NCBI GenBank assembly: GCA_027484085.1
Contig: JAIXQF010000004.1
Location: 710,162 to 774,161 of the forward strand
Reading direction: 5' to 3'
Length of the DNA stretch: 64,000 nt
DNA from: Actinomycetales bacterium
Lineage (GTDB): Bacteria > Actinomycetota > Actinomycetes > S36-B12 > UBA5976
In this document: positions 1 to 8,330 of the stretch, piece after piece
How the letters are laid out: each line of letters opens with the position of its first letter
How positions within the stretch are numbered: position 1 is the stretch's first letter
The notes under the pieces: model-generated
The model's database searches: none
Seen by the model: the letters and a program-made list of their open reading frames with translations, nothing else
Told to the model about the DNA's origin: nothing
Position numbers and translations under genes: made by a program

Positions 1-1
1 T

Positions 2-538
2 TCAGAATGCAATGCGTACTGGACCATGATTCAGGCCGGATATCAAGATGCGGGTCCTGATTCGCAAGACTCATTAAATGCAACCTGGGGAGCAAATTCG
101 CTACTGTCTGGACCAGATCCAAAACGGCTCAACGCTGCGGTAGATTTTGGAAACCAATTTGGATTTTCCGATCGCTTAGATTACATATTCTTGAGTCCAG
201 AATTAGAGGCATCCGAAGCACAGCTTGTCGGGAACATTTGGCCAAACGCGAAGAATCTTTGGGAATGTAAATCACCAGAGCAAGTTGCGTTGAGCCAGGA
301 AGCAGTGTCAATACTGGGCCTTACTAACTCGTCGGCAGGGTGTTTTCCGAGTGACCATGCTGGATTAGTTGTTGAAGTCAAGTTTTCTTCAAGTGATAGC
401 CAAGCGGCAAGTTACCCGGACCCACATACCCGCTTTCCAATTGGCTTTTGGAAAGGGTTGATTATCACTTTGGCTTTGCTAATTACCATTCGAATAGGCC
501 GCAGAATTGTTACTTCGAGAGCATCGAAAGCTGTTTGA
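2..538 (+). CDS. Endonuclease/exonuclease/phosphatase (EEP) family protein, C-terminal part with hydrophobic C-terminal anchor; 5' end outside window
   Basis: The frame stays open back to base 2. Terminal EEP-type motif PSDHAGLVVEV. Hydrophobic tail GLIITLALLITI. Converges on metF with a 29-bp overlap. Confidence 0.5.
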   Translation, partial: SECNAYWTMIQAGYQDAGPDSQDSLNATWGANSLLSGPDPKRLNAAVDFGNQFGFSDRLDYIFLSPELEASEAQLVGNIWPNAKNLWECKSPEQVALSQEAVSILGLTNSSAGCFPSDHAGLVVEVKFSSSDSQAASYPDPHTRFPIGFWKGLIITLALLITIRIGRRIVTSRASKAV

Positions 539-1403
539 TAATAGCTGCGGTAGGTCCAGCCGTGTTTAGCGAATAAAAATGCAAGCCTTCAGCCCCGAGT
601 GCGAAGACATCTTCACAAATCTGAACTGCAACATCAATGCCGAGTTGTTTTAGTGAATCCGGATCATTTTGGTAGCGGGCAAAGCGCAATCGAGTCGCCT
701 TAGGCATGTAGCCACCACTTAGTTCAAGCATGCGGACAATCTGCGGATAACTGGTAACGGGCATGATGCCTGGGTAAATCGAGAGCTTAGAGCCACGGGC
801 ATCAAGTGCGTTACGGAGTGCTTCATATCGACCGCTATCAAAAACAAACTGGGTGATGGCGAAAGTTGCACCAAGTTCTTCTTTGCGAAGTAAGACGTTG
901 ATATCTTGAACAAAATTTCCATCTGAAGCAGGGTGCACATCCGGGAAGGCGGCAACGCCGATTGAGAACCCACCCACCTCTGCGGCAAGTTCAACTAGTT
1001 GATCTGCGTAATCAAACCCACCAGGGGTTGTAACCCAAGGGGCAGTTGGCCCACCAACTGGATCGCCTCGTAGGGCTAAGACGCCATGAAAGCCCTCAGA
1101 CTTGTATTGCTCGAGAACATCTCGTAACTCATCTCTAGTTGAACCAACGCAGGTTAGGTGACCAATTACGGGAACGCCAGTCTTCGCAATGAATTCAGAA
1201 GCGATGCGCACGGTTCGATCTCGAGTTCCGCCACCAGCGCCATATGTCATGGATACAAAGTCAGGCTCAAACTCTTGAAGTTCATCAATTGCCTGCCAGA
1301 GCTTTTCTTCACCTTCGGGGTCCTTTGGTGGAAAAAATTCAAAGGAGATAGTAGGAGCTGAGAGTACTTGCTCGGTTTGTGCAAAAGCGGTGTCGGCTGA
1401 CAA
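510..1403 (-). CDS. metF: 5,10-methylenetetrahydrofolate reductase
   Basis: 297-aa full-length MTHFR-family translation. TTG start preceded by GGAGG. Confidence 0.9.
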   Translation of the reverse strand: MSADTAFAQTEQVLSAPTISFEFFPPKDPEGEEKLWQAIDELQEFEPDFVSMTYGAGGGTRDRTVRIASEFIAKTGVPVIGHLTCVGSTRDELRDVLEQYKSEGFHGVLALRGDPVGGPTAPWVTTPGGFDYADQLVELAAEVGGFSIGVAAFPDVHPASDGNFVQDINVLLRKEELGATFAITQFVFDSGRYEALRNALDARGSKLSIYPGIMPVTSYPQIVRMLELSGGYMPKATRLRFARYQNDPDSLKQLGIDVAVQICEDVFALGAEGLHFYSLNTAGPTAAIIKQLSMLSK

Positions 1404-1484
1404 CTTGCCTCCTGGAGTTGAAAGATCAATCCACGAGGCTTCGTTTCCTGAAACTTTAATTTAGCACTTAATGGCAAGCAATAC

Positions 1485-2738
1485 TCAGGTTCTAGTCTTA
1501 GCAATTTGATTTAAAGCAATTAGTGCCACGTACGCAATAGGAATTGCCGAAAGTGCACACAACCAGCCGTAGCTAAGCACAGCGATAATCACGCCAGCAA
1601 GAGCGCCACCGACAGCTGCACTTAAATTCATCACAAGGTCAGAAGTTCCTTGCGCTGGTGCGCGGTAGTGGTCTGAAACAGATTCAGAAAGCAAAGTTGA
1701 GCCAGCAATCAAAGTGCAAGACCAGCCTAGGCCGAGCAGGAACAAGCCGATGCCTAACTGAACTTCGTTGTTGGCGGGAGATAGCCCTGCGATCACAGCG
1801 GAGCTAATCAAAATCAAGCTTCCAATCAGAATCACTTGCTGGCGTCCGAGGCGATCAGTTAGGTATCCAACAACAGGGGATAGCGCATACATGCCAGCAA
1901 TGTGAACGCTGATCACAAAACCAATAATGTTTAGCGAAACATCAACATGCGCCATGTGCACAGGAGTCATAACCATCACAGCAACCATGATCAAGTGACC
2001 CATCGAGATCGCCAAGAGCCCAAGGAGAGCATTAGGAATCGACGTTATGTGGTTGAATACTTCCTTAGTTGGCACCTTGGTCTTGCTTGATGATTCCTCA
2101 CTGTGTCCCGCAACGCTTGTTAAATATGGGTCTGGCCTAAGTCGGGTCCAAATGATCAAAGACCCAAGCCCCAGCATGGTTGCGGACAAGAAGTAGGGCC
2201 CAGTTAGCTTTGGAAGTCCAAAAAAGGTGGCAACCTTTCCGAATGGCCCCATTAAATTCGGACCAATGACGGAACCAATCGTTGAAGCCCAGACAACGAG
2301 TGACAGACTTCTTGCCCGAGTGTTTTGCTCTGCTAAATCAACGGCGGCGTATCGCGCCTGGTACCCAGAAGCGGAGGCAGCACCGACTAGAAACGTCCCT
2401 AAGAGCATCACTGGCAAAATTCTGGAAGTTCCACCGGCTATGGCGAATACCGCGCCAATTGCACCGATGAGGTAGCCAGATCCTAGGGCCAGACGACGTC
2501 CACCGCGCCTAGTTAGATTTGCCAAGGGCAATGCCATGGCAGCCGCTCCAAGGACTCCAAAAGTTTGAGCCAATCCAGCAAGGGCCTCAGATTGCGTAAT
2601 GCTGGCGACTAACAAAGAACCGGCAGCAACAGTGCTTGAGTAACCCAGTCCCGAAAGCGTTTGCGCACTTGCAAGTGTCTGCAAAGTTCGTTTTTGAAGA
2701 GGGTGAGCAAGCTCAGCCGTTGATTCGGTCACAAGCAA
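1485..2738 (-). CDS. MFS transporter
   Basis: 417 aa with about 12 hydrophobic segments. RRGGRR loop after TM2, typical of the MFS family. Confidence 0.8.
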   Translation of the reverse strand: MLVTESTAELAHPLQKRTLQTLASAQTLSGLGYSSTVAAGSLLVASITQSEALAGLAQTFGVLGAAAMALPLANLTRRGGRRLALGSGYLIGAIGAVFAIAGGTSRILPVMLLGTFLVGAASASGYQARYAAVDLAEQNTRARSLSLVVWASTIGSVIGPNLMGPFGKVATFFGLPKLTGPYFLSATMLGLGSLIIWTRLRPDPYLTSVAGHSEESSSKTKVPTKEVFNHITSIPNALLGLLAISMGHLIMVAVMVMTPVHMAHVDVSLNIIGFVISVHIAGMYALSPVVGYLTDRLGRQQVILIGSLILISSAVIAGLSPANNEVQLGIGLFLLGLGWSCTLIAGSTLLSESVSDHYRAPAQGTSDLVMNLSAAVGGALAGVIIAVLSYGWLCALSAIPIAYVALIALNQIAKTRT

Positions 2739-2766
2739 CAGCCTATTGAGGTGGTTAAATTAACTA

Positions 2767-3444
2767 GTGACCAACCTACAAAAACCTGCTGCGCCTGTTT
2801 ACGCCTCAAATACCCCGAGTTACTACCCATTAATCTCTGCTGTGTTTGTCTCACTGTTAGTGATTTCAAACATCGGAGCTGTAAAGCTGATTGCTGTTGG
2901 GCCACTGATTCTTGATGGTGGAGCGTTTTTGTTTCCATTGGTTTACGTTGCAGGCGATGTACTAAGCGAAGTTTACGGATTCAAGGCAGCACGAAAAGCG
3001 ATCTTTGTTGGATTCGCAATGTCTATCTTGGCCGCCTTGACGTTCTGGCTTGTGCAGATTTCACCAGCTGGCGGCGGTTGGAGTAATCAAGCCGCGTTTG
3101 AAGCGATCCTAGGATTTGTTCCGCGGATTGTTTTCGCGAGCGTCTGCGGATTTTTAGTTGGCCAGCTTCTTAACTCGTACGTTCTTGTAAAGATTAAGGC
3201 GCGCACCAACGAAGGCTCTCTCTGGTTGCGCCTAATCGGCTCCACTTTGGTCGGCGAGCTGGCAGATACTTTGGTTTTTTGCACGATTGCGTTTTACGGA
3301 ATCATCACAGGCGGAGATTTCTTAAACTATGTAATTGTTGGCTACCTCTACAAGACATTGTTGGAAGTAGTTTTGCTGCCAGTTACTTATCGACTTATCA
3401 AACACATTAAATCGAATGAACCAACGTACGTGGTGGCAAATTAG
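2767..3444 (+). CDS. yhhQ: Queuosine-precursor (7-deazaguanine) transporter, YhhQ/COG1738 family
   Basis: 225-aa polytopic membrane protein. Region GAFLFPLVYVAGDVLSEVYGF is characteristic of the YhhQ/VUT family. GTG start. The 3' end overlaps tgt by 4 bp (convergent). Confidence 0.75.
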   Translation: MTNLQKPAAPVYASNTPSYYPLISAVFVSLLVISNIGAVKLIAVGPLILDGGAFLFPLVYVAGDVLSEVYGFKAARKAIFVGFAMSILAALTFWLVQISPAGGGWSNQAAFEAILGFVPRIVFASVCGFLVGQLLNSYVLVKIKARTNEGSLWLRLIGSTLVGELADTLVFCTIAFYGIITGGDFLNYVIVGYLYKTLLEVVLLPVTYRLIKHIKSNEPTYVVAN

Positions 3445-4670
3445 CTTTTAGTAAGCCCAGGTCGTTGATACCGACCCATGAATTCAGTCTTGAATTCATG
3501 GAAGCTGCCATCGATCAAGGTCTGGCGCATTTTTGCGACCAAGCCAACAATGAAGTGCTCATTGTGAATGGTTAGCAAGGTTGAAGCCAGCAATTCCTTG
3601 GCGTGAACCAGGTGATGCAAATAGGCCTGCGTGTAATGCGTACAGGTGTAGCACTCGCATCCGTCGACCAGTGGATCAAATGACCTGCGGTACTTTGCAT
3701 TTGTGATATTGAATCTTCCAAAGTTGTTGTAGACCGCTGCGTTTCTAGCTACGCGTGATGCGGATACACAGTCAAAGGTGTCGATACCTGCTTCTACGCC
3801 CACAAACAGATCCTCAGGCTCTCCGATGCCAAGTAGGTGACGAGGTCGGGCAAGCGGAAGTTCTTCGGTAACCCAGCTCACAATGGTTCCTAGTTCATGT
3901 TTATCTAGGGCACCACCAATGCCGTAACCATCAAAATCCATGGCACCCAAGTCAGATGCAGCTTTGCGACGCAAATCTTCGTATTGGGCGCCTTGAATTA
4001 CCCCAAACAACGCTTGATACGGCTTGGTCGACCTGTCGGCGGTCAATTTGTTGTGCTCCTCGATGCACCGGATCGCCCACAATCGAGTTCGCTCTAAAGA
4101 CATGACCTGGTACTCGCGGGTATTCATCAAGGTTGTTAACTCGTCGAAGGCAAAGATTATGTCGGCGCCTAATTGATGTTGTACTTGCATCGAAAATTCT
4201 GGCGTAAATCGATGCATAGTTCCATCAAGATGGGACTTGAATGTGACGCCGTCATCATCGACGTGGGCCAGGCGAGTTTTGTTCTCAGCAATGACATCGT
4301 CTGATTGAACAGTGTCGGTTTCCATCGCTAAAACTTTTTTGAAGCCTGCTCCCAAGCTCATCACTTGAAAGCCGCCACTGTCGGTAAAGGTTGGTCCAGG
4401 CCAGTTCATAAATTTACTTAAGCCGCCAGCAGCATCTACGATGTCAGCACCTGGTTGTAGATAGAGATGGTAGGCGTTGGCAAGAAGTGCTTGGGACCCG
4501 AGTTCTTTCATGGATTCCGGCATGACAGATTTCACAGTTGCTTTGGTTCCCACTGGAATGAAGGCAGGGGTTTGTATCTGACCGTGGGGAGTATTGATGG
4601 TGCCGGCTCGTGCGCTACTGCTTCGTTCGGGCTGACTTACGACGTCAAAGGAAAAATCAGACTTTGACAC
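3441..4670 (-). CDS. tgt: tRNA-guanine transglycosylase (queuine/preQ tRNA-ribosyltransferase), divergent substrate-pocket variant
   Basis: 409 aa. Contains TDSGGFQ, DTFDCV and the Zn site CECYTC..H. FDEL replaces FDEC and GGALDKHE replaces GGLAVGE. Confidence 0.88.
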   Translation of the reverse strand: MSKSDFSFDVVSQPERSSSARAGTINTPHGQIQTPAFIPVGTKATVKSVMPESMKELGSQALLANAYHLYLQPGADIVDAAGGLSKFMNWPGPTFTDSGGFQVMSLGAGFKKVLAMETDTVQSDDVIAENKTRLAHVDDDGVTFKSHLDGTMHRFTPEFSMQVQHQLGADIIFAFDELTTLMNTREYQVMSLERTRLWAIRCIEEHNKLTADRSTKPYQALFGVIQGAQYEDLRRKAASDLGAMDFDGYGIGGALDKHELGTIVSWVTEELPLARPRHLLGIGEPEDLFVGVEAGIDTFDCVSASRVARNAAVYNNFGRFNITNAKYRRSFDPLVDGCECYTCTHYTQAYLHHLVHAKELLASTLLTIHNEHFIVGLVAKMRQTLIDGSFHEFKTEFMGRYQRPGLTKS

Positions 4671-4673
4671 TTG

Positions 4674-5126
4674 TTAAATACCGTCTAGGTGATCAGCAAT
4701 TTTCTTTGCAGCATGTCCAAGGGCCTTGTATTCAGCATCGGTAAGTACATCTACGAAGTGCTTCCGAACGCCTTCTACGTGATCCGGCGCGGCTGCTACC
4801 AATGCCTTCATGCCGACATTGGTGAGAACTGCTAGCTGGCCACGTCGATCATCAGGGCAGACCTCGCGCGATACCAATCCAGCTGCCTCCATACGGTCAA
4901 TCTGGTGGGATAGTCGGCTGCGAGAAAGCAGGGTTAGCTTTGCTAGGTCGCTCATGCGAATTGATTTAGCTTCACTTTCAGACAGTCGCACCAAGATCTC
5001 GTAATCTGTGATTGTTAAGCCGTGGGATTCTTGTAGCTCGCCGCTTAATTGCTCGCGAAGCATCGTTGTTGCAGTCAGCCAGGAACGCCAATGGGTTTGC
5101 TGCTCTTTAGATAGCCAACGAGTCAT
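4674..5126 (-). CDS. MarR-family transcriptional regulator
   Basis: 150-aa winged-helix pattern (LSRSRLSHQIDRMEAAGLV, wing DRRGQLAVLT). The stop lies 3 nt before the tgt start. Confidence 0.85.
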   Translation of the reverse strand: MTRWLSKEQQTHWRSWLTATTMLREQLSGELQESHGLTITDYEILVRLSESEAKSIRMSDLAKLTLLSRSRLSHQIDRMEAAGLVSREVCPDDRRGQLAVLTNVGMKALVAAAPDHVEGVRKHFVDVLTDAEYKALGHAAKKIADHLDGI

Positions 5127-5160
5127 ATGAACAGTCTATTCCAAGTAATTGAAATTTTAA

Positions 5161-6021
5161 CTACACGGAAGTTAGGATTTCAGCGCCATCGGCCGTCACA
5201 ACCAAAGTGTGTTCAAATTGTGCAGATCGCAGTCGATCTTTCGTGACGACCGTCCAATCGTCAGCCCACATATCCCAAGTATGGGTTCCAAGCGTGAGCA
5301 TCGGCTCAATTGTGAATGTCATGCCCTCTTTAATCTCGGTATCAAAATGCTCAGTGTCGTAGTGGGGGATTATCAATCCTGAATGAAACGTGGTGCTGAT
5401 TCCATGACCAGTGAAGTCACGCACTACGCCATAGTTAAACCGCTTTGCGTATGACTCAATTACGCGACCAATGACATTGATTGGTCGACCTGGCTTAACT
5501 GCCGCAATTGCGCGATTCAAAGACTCTTCGGTTCGCTCGACTAGCAAACGGGATTCCTCATCTACATTTCCAGCCAAGAAAGTCGCATTAGTGTCGCCGT
5601 GGACTCCATGTATGTACGCGGTGATGTCAATGTTGCAGATGTCGCCGTCTTGAATCACAGTAGAGTCGGGAATTCCATGGCAGATTACTTCGTTCAAGCT
5701 CGCGCAAAGTGACTTGGGGAAGTCTCGATAACCCAAAGTCGATGGGTAGGCGTTGTGGTCAAGCAGAAATTCGTGACCAATTCGATCTAAGTCATCCGTA
5801 GTAACTCCCGGCGCGACATGCCTGCCTACTTCAGCCAAGGCCTGGGCAGCGATGCGGCCCGCGATCCGCATCTTCTCGATCGTCTCCGTAGTTTGCACAT
5901 CAGAACCTGAATGTTTCTTAGGCGCTTTCTTGCCAACATATTCCGGACGAATGATTGACGTCGGTACCGTTCGCTCGGGCGAAATAATCCCAGGAACAAG
6001 GTTTCCAACAGGTGCAGTCAT
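5161..6021 (-). CDS. map: Type I methionine aminopeptidase
   Basis: 286-aa full-length MetAP-I translation ([22 protein letters not shown] contexts). Confidence 0.92.
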   Translation of the reverse strand: MTAPVGNLVPGIISPERTVPTSIIRPEYVGKKAPKKHSGSDVQTTETIEKMRIAGRIAAQALAEVGRHVAPGVTTDDLDRIGHEFLLDHNAYPSTLGYRDFPKSLCASLNEVICHGIPDSTVIQDGDICNIDITAYIHGVHGDTNATFLAGNVDEESRLLVERTEESLNRAIAAVKPGRPINVIGRVIESYAKRFNYGVVRDFTGHGISTTFHSGLIIPHYDTEHFDTEIKEGMTFTIEPMLTLGTHTWDMWADDWTVVTKDRLRSAQFEHTLVVTADGAEILTSV

Positions 6022-6047
6022 TCCTCAATCATAATTAGATTTTCAAA

Positions 6048-6245
6048 ATGACCGGCAAGAAGTCGTTCAGGTGCCACAATGCACTTATGCAATGGTGGTT
6101 TTGTTTAATTCATAAAGAGGTGGAAGAGGGTCGGGGTTGCCCTAACGCTTCTCGACTAGGGCCGTACGAAACTCGTGAACTTGCAATGACTGTTATTGAT
6201 CGAATTGGCAAGAGGCAAGAAGAGTTAGATAACGAGGAAGACTAA
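6048..6245 (+). CDS. Small conserved-looking hypothetical protein (start uncertain; alternative ATG at 6087)
   Basis: 65-aa ORF. The core WWFCLIHKEVEEGRGCPNASRLGPYETRE resembles small actinobacterial proteins I recall, but this is unverified. A strong terminator follows. Confidence 0.45.
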   Translation: MTGKKSFRCHNALMQWWFCLIHKEVEEGRGCPNASRLGPYETRELAMTVIDRIGKRQEELDNEED

Positions 6246-6276
6246 CTCCGATTCATCTTCATAGTTTTAACAAAGC

Positions 6277-6310
6277 AAAAACCCCGCTCCCAAAAGGGAA
6301 CGGGGTTTTT
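6277..6310. terminator. Bidirectional rho-independent terminator
   Basis: AAAAACCCCGCTCCC-aaaa-GGGAACGGGGTTTTT: a GC-rich hairpin with an A-run on one side and a T-run on the other. It lies between convergent genes. Confidence 0.8.
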
Positions 6311-6327
6311 GATGAAGCAGGGGAAAT

Positions 6328-6636
6328 TTACTTCTTCTTCGCAGCCGGCTTACGCTTTGCAGCAGCCTTACGCTTAGCAGGTGCCTTCTTGGCAGCTGTC
6401 TTCTTAGCAGGAGCCTTCTTTGCAGCCTTGCGCTTAGCAGGAGCCTTCTTGGCAGCCTTCTTCTTCGCAGGTGCCTTCTTGGCAGCCTTCTTCTTTGCAG
6501 GTGCCTTCTTGGCAGCCTTCTTCTTTGCAGGTGCCTTCTTGGCAGCCTTCTTTGCTGGAGCCTTAGCTACAGCCTTCTTCTTAGCAACCTTGCGCTTAGC
6601 AGGTGCCTTACGTGCTGTGGTCTTCTTGGCAGCCAC
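6328..6636 (-). CDS. Stand-alone Lys/Ala/Pro-rich histone H1-like (PAKKAA-repeat) nucleoid-associated protein
   Basis: 102 aa made almost entirely of K/A/P decapeptide repeats (KKAPAKKKAA). GTG start with a GAGGAGG SD. No HU fold is attached. Confidence 0.7.
   Translation of the reverse strand: MAAKKTTARKAPAKRKVAKKKAVAKAPAKKAAKKAPAKKKAAKKAPAKKKAAKKAPAKKKAAKKAPAKRKAAKKAPAKKTAAKKAPAKRKAAAKRKPAAKKK
6377..6553 (-). repeat. 30-bp in-frame tandem repeat (about 5.9 copies) encoding the KKAPAKKKAA units
   Basis: gcaggtgccttcttggcagccttcttcttt repeats head-to-tail. Two adjacent copies (6467-6526) are identical. Confidence 0.9.
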
Positions 6637-6838
6637 AGGTCCTCCTCGAGGTAAGACCCTCGGACGTCCCGAAGGTTCTTATAAACAAGGTTGGCAGACA
6701 AAACCAGACTTTGTAGCACTTTTTGCAAATAATGTTGCCCGCGTGTCGCAACGAGATTTTTTCAAAAAATAAGAAAAAGTTTTGCGAATTTAGACATGAA
6801 TTACGCGTCCGTTTCACATTTTCACAACTAAATGCATC

Positions 6839-6868
6839 GAAAAAACCGCGTGGTTATCGGTTTTTTTT
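6839..6868 (-). terminator. Weak A/T-flanked hairpin, candidate panB terminator
   Basis: AAAAAACCG-cgtggttat-CGGTTTTTTTT. Only 3 G:C pairs in the stem. Lies about 180 nt downstream of the panB stop. Confidence 0.35.
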
Positions 6869-7049
6869 GAAATTGAGATTTATTTCTAGTTTTGCAAACT
6901 TTTTGCACTCAACATCGAAAAGAAACATTGCATTCCTTGCGCGGCGAAAAATTTTTAAAAAAACTTTGCTTCATTCCGCAATTTTTTGAATATTTTCCAT
7001 ATTTTTTGAAAAAAACTATTGAAAAAGAAAATCGCAATGCTGCAGATAT

Positions 7050-7880
7050 TTATTCATAAGAATGATCGAGATCAGGGTAGCTGCCGTTTGCAACATCACT
7101 TGCCCAAGCTTTAGATCCGCTGAGCATGATCTCGCGTAAGGACGCATAGTGCTTAACAAACTTTGCTTGCTTGCCACCTGTAAGTCCTAAAAGATCTTGC
7201 CAAACAATTACTTGCGCATCAGTTCCTGGACCTGCTCCGATGCCAATCACTGGAACGGGCACTTCTTTCGTTAATCGGGTTGCAAGTTCATGCGGCACAA
7301 CTTCTAAAACGATCGCGAAAGCACCAGCGGCAACAAGTGCGTGTGCGTCGGCTATCAACTGCTCACCAGAATCGCCTCTGCCTTGCACTTTGTAGCCACC
7401 CATTTGATGAACGGATTGTGGAGTCAGTCCAATGTGTCCCATAACAGGTACGCCAGATTGAGTTAGAAGCGAGACATGATCAACCATGTGTCTTCCGCCC
7501 TCAATTTTCACCGCATGCGCTTTGCCTTCTTGCATAAAGCGAACGCTAGTTTCTAGAGCCTGAGCAGGGGAGCTTTGATATGACCCGAACGGAAGATCTG
7601 CGAGCACCATGGCCCGAGAACTTCCTCGTTCGACTGCGGCAACGAGCGGAATTAAATCATCTACGGTTACCGGAATAGTCGAGTCGTATCCATAAACCAC
7701 CATCGCGGCCGAATCACCAACTAGCAGGACCGGAATTCCAGCCTCATCAAACACACTCGCACTCAGCGCATCGTATGAAGTGATCATCGGCCATTTTTCA
7801 CCGCGCTCTTTCGCAGCAACGAGATCACTCGTTGTAATTCGGCGCGTTTGTTTTCCGCCATACAAAGGCTCAGAATTCAT
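7050..7880 (-). CDS. panB: 3-methyl-2-oxobutanoate hydroxymethyltransferase
   Basis: 276-aa full-length PanB translation (LLVGDS, KIEGG contexts). Confidence 0.92.
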   Translation of the reverse strand: MNSEPLYGGKQTRRITTSDLVAAKERGEKWPMITSYDALSASVFDEAGIPVLLVGDSAAMVVYGYDSTIPVTVDDLIPLVAAVERGSSRAMVLADLPFGSYQSSPAQALETSVRFMQEGKAHAVKIEGGRHMVDHVSLLTQSGVPVMGHIGLTPQSVHQMGGYKVQGRGDSGEQLIADAHALVAAGAFAIVLEVVPHELATRLTKEVPVPVIGIGAGPGTDAQVIVWQDLLGLTGGKQAKFVKHYASLREIMLSGSKAWASDVANGSYPDLDHSYE

Positions 7881-7988
7881 TACTTAGTTCTCCGCTCTCG
7901 AGGCTGCTCGGCGGCAGTCCCCGGATCTGTAATCCCATTGTGTCAGGAATGGGTCGCAGAACGCGAGTTAATAGAAATTACAAATTGT

Positions 7989-8330
7989 TTATGCTCGTTT
8001 AACGATGCTGGACTTTAGGTTCATCGGCCCAAAACCATCGACTTTTGCTTCAATGTCGTGGTCACCAGGACCATCTATCAAACGAATACCTCGCACTTTG
8101 GTCCCGACTTTCAAGGTGTTTGAACTGCCCTTAACTTTCAGGTCTTTAATAATCGTCACGTCGTCACCATCCTTAAGCACATTCCCGGCTGAATCTTTAA
8201 TTACCCGAATCGCTTCAGTATCGGTATCCAATGGATTCCATTCATGTGCACACTCAGAGCAGACTAGAAGCGCTCCCATTTCGTAGGAATATTCAGATTT
8301 ACATTCAGGGCAGTGCGGAAGGTTACTCAT
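7989..8330 (-). CDS. yjdM: Zinc-ribbon protein YjdM/PhnA family
   Basis: 113 aa. N-terminal CPECKSEY...CSEC zinc ribbon plus a PhnA-type C-terminal domain. Confidence 0.85.
   Translation of the reverse strand: MSNLPHCPECKSEYSYEMGALLVCSECAHEWNPLDTDTEAIRVIKDSAGNVLKDGDDVTIIKDLKVKGSSNTLKVGTKVRGIRLIDGPGDHDIEAKVDGFGPMNLKSSIVKRA

Noticed and set aside
2700-2766. Possible preQ1 riboswitch in front of yhhQ (A-rich tail AAATTAACTAG)
   Set aside because: Only 28 bp are non-coding. No convincing P1 stem or conserved loop C could be drawn. The resemblance is limited to the A-rich tail.
6277-6310. Two terminators (6277 and 55446) share the arms AAAAACCCCGCT / AACGGGGTTTTT; possible dispersed repeat element
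   Set aside because: Only the stem arms match and the loops differ. This is most simply explained as convergent strong bidirectional terminators, and two copies are too few to call a REP-like family.
6389-6989. ORFs 6389-6772 (+) and 6723-6989 (+) over and beside the H1-like gene
   Set aside because: The first is the hydrophobic mirror image (AFFLAG repeats) of the Lys/Ala repeat gene. The second is a basic low-complexity read-through of the AT-rich spacer. Neither has an SD.
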